From Clostridia bacterium (GTDB taxonomy: Bacteria; Bacillota; Clostridia; Christensenellales; CAG-917), in assembly GCA_017553325.1 (NCBI GenBank), contig JAFZMH010000004.1, forward strand, positions 159,138 through 223,137: a stretch of 64,000 nt of DNA, in the 5' to 3' direction. A model generated the notes under the pieces. That model was not told where the DNA came from. It saw nothing but the letters and a program-made list of their open reading frames with translations, and searched no databases. Each line of letters starts with the position of its first letter. Positions within the stretch are counted from its first letter, which is position 1. Positions 60,960 to 64,000 of this stretch are shown here, one piece after another. Made by a program: the position numbers and the translations under genes.

Positions 60960-60988
60960 ATTATAACATTCTCTTTTGTTCGTGGCAA
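60960..60988 (-). promoter_or_regulatory. Candidate promoter of the acyltransferase gene, with the -10 only 6 nt from the ATG (possibly leaderless)
   Basis: The minus strand reads TTGCCA-17 nt-TATAAT with an extended TG (TGTTATAAT), then CAAATT, then ATG 60953. There is no SD. Confidence 0.4.
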
Positions 60989-60997
60989 GAAAATGAA

Positions 60998-62002
60998 TTA
61001 TGAAAAAACCGCGTCGAAGACTTTTTGATACAATCTCTCGTTTTTGTCCCAATTCATCGCGCCCACGAAATACTTCTCCGCCTCGAGATGAAATTCCCTC
61101 GCCCTGTTCAAGTGCTCGACGGCAAAGGCGGTTTCAAGCGTCTCGCCGTTTTGCTCGTCGCGAAGGTCCGCAGGATAGTCGAATTTTTCAAACTCAGTCA
61201 AATCTATCTCCTCAAAGTCCGTCTCAAATCCAACGTCCTTGACTACCGCCACGTCGTTCAATACTATCCCGTCAATATATCTTGGCTCGAGCGGTTTCAA
61301 AATATACGTACCCCCCTCAAACAAACTCGCAAGTTGTTCAAAGAAAATATTCGCCACGCAGTCGCTACCCTTCAACTTGAAGATTTTTTTGCCATGGAGA
61401 AAGTCGTAAAACACGCTTTCGCCCGTGGGACAAATGGCCGATGCAAACAGTTTTCTTTTCGCTTTCAATATGCCCGTTTCGCCGACGATACGCCGTGCGA
61501 AATCGACTGCGATTGCACGGATTTTCGGTGCCGATACACTGCTCGTTTCAAGCGCAATTTTGTTCTCAAAATGACAGAAAGCGAGTTTTAAGTGGTGATA
61601 TACGCGCATAAACTCGTGTTTCTTGCAAGAAAGCAACCTTTTTATCTCGTTTGCATAGGTTTGCAATTTGTCTCTTTCAAGGCTTGAAGCAAGGTCGACT
61701 ATCACGTCTTTTACGACGGGCAGGTCCGCGCCCGTTGCGTGCGGCGCAGTCGCGTCCACAACCGCCCTATTCAAGTCTTTGACAAACACCCCGTCAAGGC
61801 TCTTAGGGTCTCCCGAACAGTACCACTTTTCATACGCATATCCGCGTTTTTCCGCCTCGGCTGCGATGCGCTTGAGTATCGTGGACTTGCCCGTTCCCGG
61901 TCCGCCTTTCAGCAAAACGACAATATCTTTGTCCTTGAGTTCTTGCTCGTAGTTGCCCATAAAACCGTGGGCGGTATTGTTGCCCAAGAAGTATCTTTCC
62001 AT
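60998..62002 (-). CDS. PRK06851-type P-loop ATPase, function unknown
   Basis: 334 aa. MERYFLGNNTAHGF.....E....D.IVVLLKGGPGTGKSTILKRI..EAEKRGY..E.WYCSGDPKSLDGVFV.DL..AVVDATAPH matches my memory of this conserved Firmicutes family. Confidence 0.7.
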   Translation of the reverse strand: MERYFLGNNTAHGFMGNYEQELKDKDIVVLLKGGPGTGKSTILKRIAAEAEKRGYAYEKWYCSGDPKSLDGVFVKDLNRAVVDATAPHATGADLPVVKDVIVDLASSLERDKLQTYANEIKRLLSCKKHEFMRVYHHLKLAFCHFENKIALETSSVSAPKIRAIAVDFARRIVGETGILKAKRKLFASAICPTGESVFYDFLHGKKIFKLKGSDCVANIFFEQLASLFEGGTYILKPLEPRYIDGIVLNDVAVVKDVGFETDFEEIDLTEFEKFDYPADLRDEQNGETLETAFAVEHLNRAREFHLEAEKYFVGAMNWDKNERLYQKVFDAVFS

Positions 62003-62092
62003 ATTTCACCCCGAGATTATTCTATTGTTTTTTTCGGTTTTTAGTGAAAACTCAAAAAGGGCACAAACGAGATTTTTTGCATAACATACACT

Positions 62093-62818
62093 ATGGAAAA
62101 ATATATTGTCAACGTCCACGAAACGGACGAAAGAATGTATTATTTGACGCGTATGCTCAGGGGGCGCAAGATTGAGCGTCCCACGCACGTTTTTGCGCCG
62201 AATATCGTCGTAGACGCGCGCACGTTGAACGAGGTTGAGGACGGCGCGTACGTGTTTTTGGGGCGCACGAACGAGGAAGCGGAACTCCTTGCAAACAGCC
62301 GAAATATCACGCTGGACGCCTACTCGAAGAACGAGAAGTTTCAATCGGTCAACTCCCGTTTGACGGCGGAAGGCACCCTCAAAATAATCTTGGAAAAGAC
62401 GACGAAAGGGCTCTTTGACCTCTCCGTTCTCGTCATAGGTTTCGGCAGAACGGGAGCGGCTGTCGCAAGGCTATTATGCGACGTCGGGGCAAAACTTACG
62501 GTTGCTTCCAATTCCTCAGTACGCCAAGCCTACGCGCTTGCAGAGCGCGTAATCGCGCCCAAAAACTTTGATTTTGCGCCTTACGACGTCATCGTCAACA
62601 CCGTGCCCAACCCCATAATCACGGACAAGGACACTATGACGATACAGGACGGGACACTCTATATCGACCTTGCGTCCTCGCCCGCAATCAATCTTGAATA
62701 TGCGCGCTATCTCGGCGCGGACGCAAGCATATACCCCGCGCTCCCCGCAAAAACCGCTCCCTACTCGGCGGGCAAAGCAATCTTCGACTACATACAGGAG
62801 GTGTTAAATGGAAAATAA
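62093..62818 (+). CDS. dpaA: Dipicolinate synthase subunit A
   Basis: 241 aa. The central Rossmann region VLVIGFGRTGAAVARLL..VGAKLTVA, the N-terminal part and the tail DLAS.P......A...G......ALP.K.AP.SAG are colinear with B. subtilis SpoVFA. It is shorter than the Bacillus protein. Confidence 0.8.
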   Translation: MEKYIVNVHETDERMYYLTRMLRGRKIERPTHVFAPNIVVDARTLNEVEDGAYVFLGRTNEEAELLANSRNITLDAYSKNEKFQSVNSRLTAEGTLKIILEKTTKGLFDLSVLVIGFGRTGAAVARLLCDVGAKLTVASNSSVRQAYALAERVIAPKNFDFAPYDVIVNTVPNPIITDKDTMTIQDGTLYIDLASSPAINLEYARYLGADASIYPALPAKTAPYSAGKAIFDYIQEVLNGK

Positions 62819-63383
62819 AATCAAACTCGGGTTGTGCGTGACGGGCTCTTTTTGCACTTTCACGAACACCCTCAAAATGGTGGATACACTCTTGAATCTC
62901 GGCTATGACGTGACGCCGATTTTCAGTTTCAACGTTGCAACCCTCGACACTCGTTTCTTCAAGCAGGCGGATTTTGAACGTCTAATAACGGAAAAAACGG
63001 GCAAAACGCCCGTCAAAACCATCCCCGCCGCCGAACCATTCGGCACGAAGAACGCAGTAGACCTCATGCTTGTCGCCCCTTGCACGGGCAACACGCTTGC
63101 CAAACTTGCAAACGGTGTCACGGACACGCCTGTCACGCTTGCGGTCAAGGCGCATCTTCGCAACAACCGTCCCGTCGTGGTCGCCATATCTTCCAACGAC
63201 TCCCTCGGCGCAAACGCAAGGAACATCGGCAGACTTTTGAACACAAGAAACTACTATTTCGTCCCCTTCGGACAGGACTCTCCCGACGGAAAGCCCAATT
63301 CGCTCGTCGCCGACTTAAACCTTGTCCCCAAAACGATTGAATACGCCCTTTCAGGCAAGCAGTTTCAGCCGATTGTGCTCTGA
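62808..63383 (+). CDS. dpaB: Dipicolinate synthase subunit B (flavoprotein)
   Basis: 191 aa with GLCVTGSFCTF, LVAPCTGNTLAKLANGVTDTPV and the FVPFGQD region typical of SpoVFB. It overlaps dpaA by 11 nt. Confidence 0.88.
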   Translation: MENKIKLGLCVTGSFCTFTNTLKMVDTLLNLGYDVTPIFSFNVATLDTRFFKQADFERLITEKTGKTPVKTIPAAEPFGTKNAVDLMLVAPCTGNTLAKLANGVTDTPVTLAVKAHLRNNRPVVVAISSNDSLGANARNIGRLLNTRNYYFVPFGQDSPDGKPNSLVADLNLVPKTIEYALSGKQFQPIVL

Positions 63384-63391
63384 AAGCAAAT

Positions 63392-63420
63392 AAAAAAGCA
63401 CTCGTTCGAGTGCTTTTTTA
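63392..63420. terminator. Bidirectional rho-independent terminator after dpaB
   Basis: A6-GCACTCG-TT-CGAGTGC-T6. Confidence 0.8.
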
Positions 63421-63436
63421 TTCTGTTTGCTTTCAA

Positions 63437-63793
63437 TTACTTAGCATCTTTAACGCCTTGTTTCGTGCCGGCCATGACAATCTTGCCTGAACGATAAACT
63501 TCGTAAGAAACGAGGCCATTGTCTTGCAAATCTTTCAACTCTTGCTCCGCTTTCTTTGCGTCATCAACTGTCTTATATTTTGCAATTGAAACTGTATCGC
63601 CGTTGAGAAGCGCTCCCTTGGATGCAGTAAGGCTCCATTCGACATCATCGTCATTATTTTCAGAAACTGTCACTTTATAACCTTTCTTTTCAAGTTTGCT
63701 CTTGTAGCTGTCAGCATTGCAAGCCATAAGAACTACGCCGAGAATTGCGACAAGTGCGATAACTGCAACTATAGCAATAATTGTTTTTTTCAT
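63437..63793 (-). CDS. Small hypothetical lipoprotein
   Basis: 118 aa from ATG 63793 (SD GGAGGAAC). Signal MKKTIIAIVAVIALVAILGVVLMAC (lipobox LMAC), followed by a Lys/Asp-rich ~95-aa domain. The ORF-track start at 63862 lacks an SD. Confidence 0.7.
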   Translation of the reverse strand: MKKTIIAIVAVIALVAILGVVLMACNADSYKSKLEKKGYKVTVSENNDDDVEWSLTASKGALLNGDTVSIAKYKTVDDAKKAEQELKDLQDNGLVSYEVYRSGKIVMAGTKQGVKDAK

Positions 63794-63895
63794 TTTTGTT
63801 CCTCCAAAAAATATTTTTTGATTTGATACCTCTATTTTACCACTTGGCAATACACGTGTCAAGATTAAGTTTTCAGATACGCGCCATTTACTTAT

Positions 63896-64000
63896 TTAAT
63901 ACTTTACAAATGTAGTGTTTTGATGGGAAGCAGAAACATAATGCCAGGAACCGGCATCGACATAGCCCGACTTCGGCGTTGCCAAGGTCATCCACCTCGT
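63896..64000 (-). CDS. Possible 3' end of a CDS entering from the right edge
   Basis: The reverse strand reads ...TRWMTLATPKSGYVDAGSWHYVSASHQNTTFVKY* with the stop at 63896-63898. Only 34 codons are visible and I recognise no motif. Confidence 0.3.
   Translation of the reverse strand, partial: TRWMTLATPKSGYVDAGSWHYVSASHQNTTFVKY

Noticed and set aside
62041-62092. Sigma-K-like -10 (CATAACATA, 62080-62088) in front of dpaA, by analogy with Bacillus spoVF.
   Set aside because: The match to CATA-N3-TA is short. It ends only 4 nt before the ATG, so a normal transcription start would fall inside the codon. The upstream 'AC' -35 is not at a convincing distance. I did not call it as a feature; it needs experimental 5'-end data.

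Overview
This is an almost fully coding 64-kb chromosomal segment, mostly on the minus strand. It reads like a spore-forming Clostridia-class Bacillota genome: dpaAB, a V/A-type ATPase, Gram-positive lipoboxes, TTGACA/TATAAT-type promoters and many 1-4 nt gene overlaps.

Layout, left to right:
(i) A NitT/TauT-type ABC importer fragment (truncated permease, NMT1/THI5-like lipoprotein) headed by a TM1266-type small ACT-fold regulator.
(ii) A MacB/FtsX-type ABC exporter (ATPase plus an 819-aa double-FtsX permease), translationally coupled to a 624-aa membrane-anchored helical protein of unknown function.
(iii) A queuosine island: queH, then a promoter, a preQ1-I pseudoknot riboswitch and a yhhQ-type transporter whose 3' end overlaps an SDR oxidoreductase gene.
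(iv) rpiB plus a nine-gene V-type ATPase operon (G/H-I-K-E-C-F-A-B-D). Its K subunit carries the Na+-binding signature.
(v) An 11.6-kb gene for a 3,881-aa tail-anchored repeat (MBG-like) surface protein.
(vi) A DUF4364-like regulator gene preceded by a 775-nt non-coding region. That region holds 24-nt direct repeats and a 146-bp tandem array that re-copies the 3' end of aroQ.
(vii) An eight-gene aromatic amino-acid operon: DAHP synthase, tyrA, aroB, aroA, aroC, chorismate mutase, an aroE-aroK fusion and aroQ.
(viii) A heterodimeric ABC exporter, malic enzyme and two-subunit class I fumarase in one apparent operon.
(ix) A YkvI-like membrane protein.
(x) A translationally coupled trio: membrane protein, TPR protein, acidic protein.
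(xi) asd-dapA-dapB and dpaA-dpaB, separated by a 6.2-kb BspA-type LRR lipoprotein gene, an extended PlsC-type acyltransferase and a PRK06851-type P-loop ATPase.
(xii) A small lipoprotein gene and a partial CDS at the right edge.

I recognise no rRNA, tRNA, CRISPR array, transposase, integrase or phage gene. I do not see a self-evident new multi-gene system with defence or mobile-element hallmarks.

The most promising unexplained items are:
- the SDR gene apparently under preQ1-riboswitch control;
- the 146-bp tandem array that duplicates the aroQ terminus;
- the two giant surface-protein genes, which share promoter and leader architecture;
- the two operons of unknown function (MacB exporter + 624-aa ectoprotein; membrane/TPR/acidic trio).

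All calls come from reading the sequence and ORF translations by eye. No database search was run.
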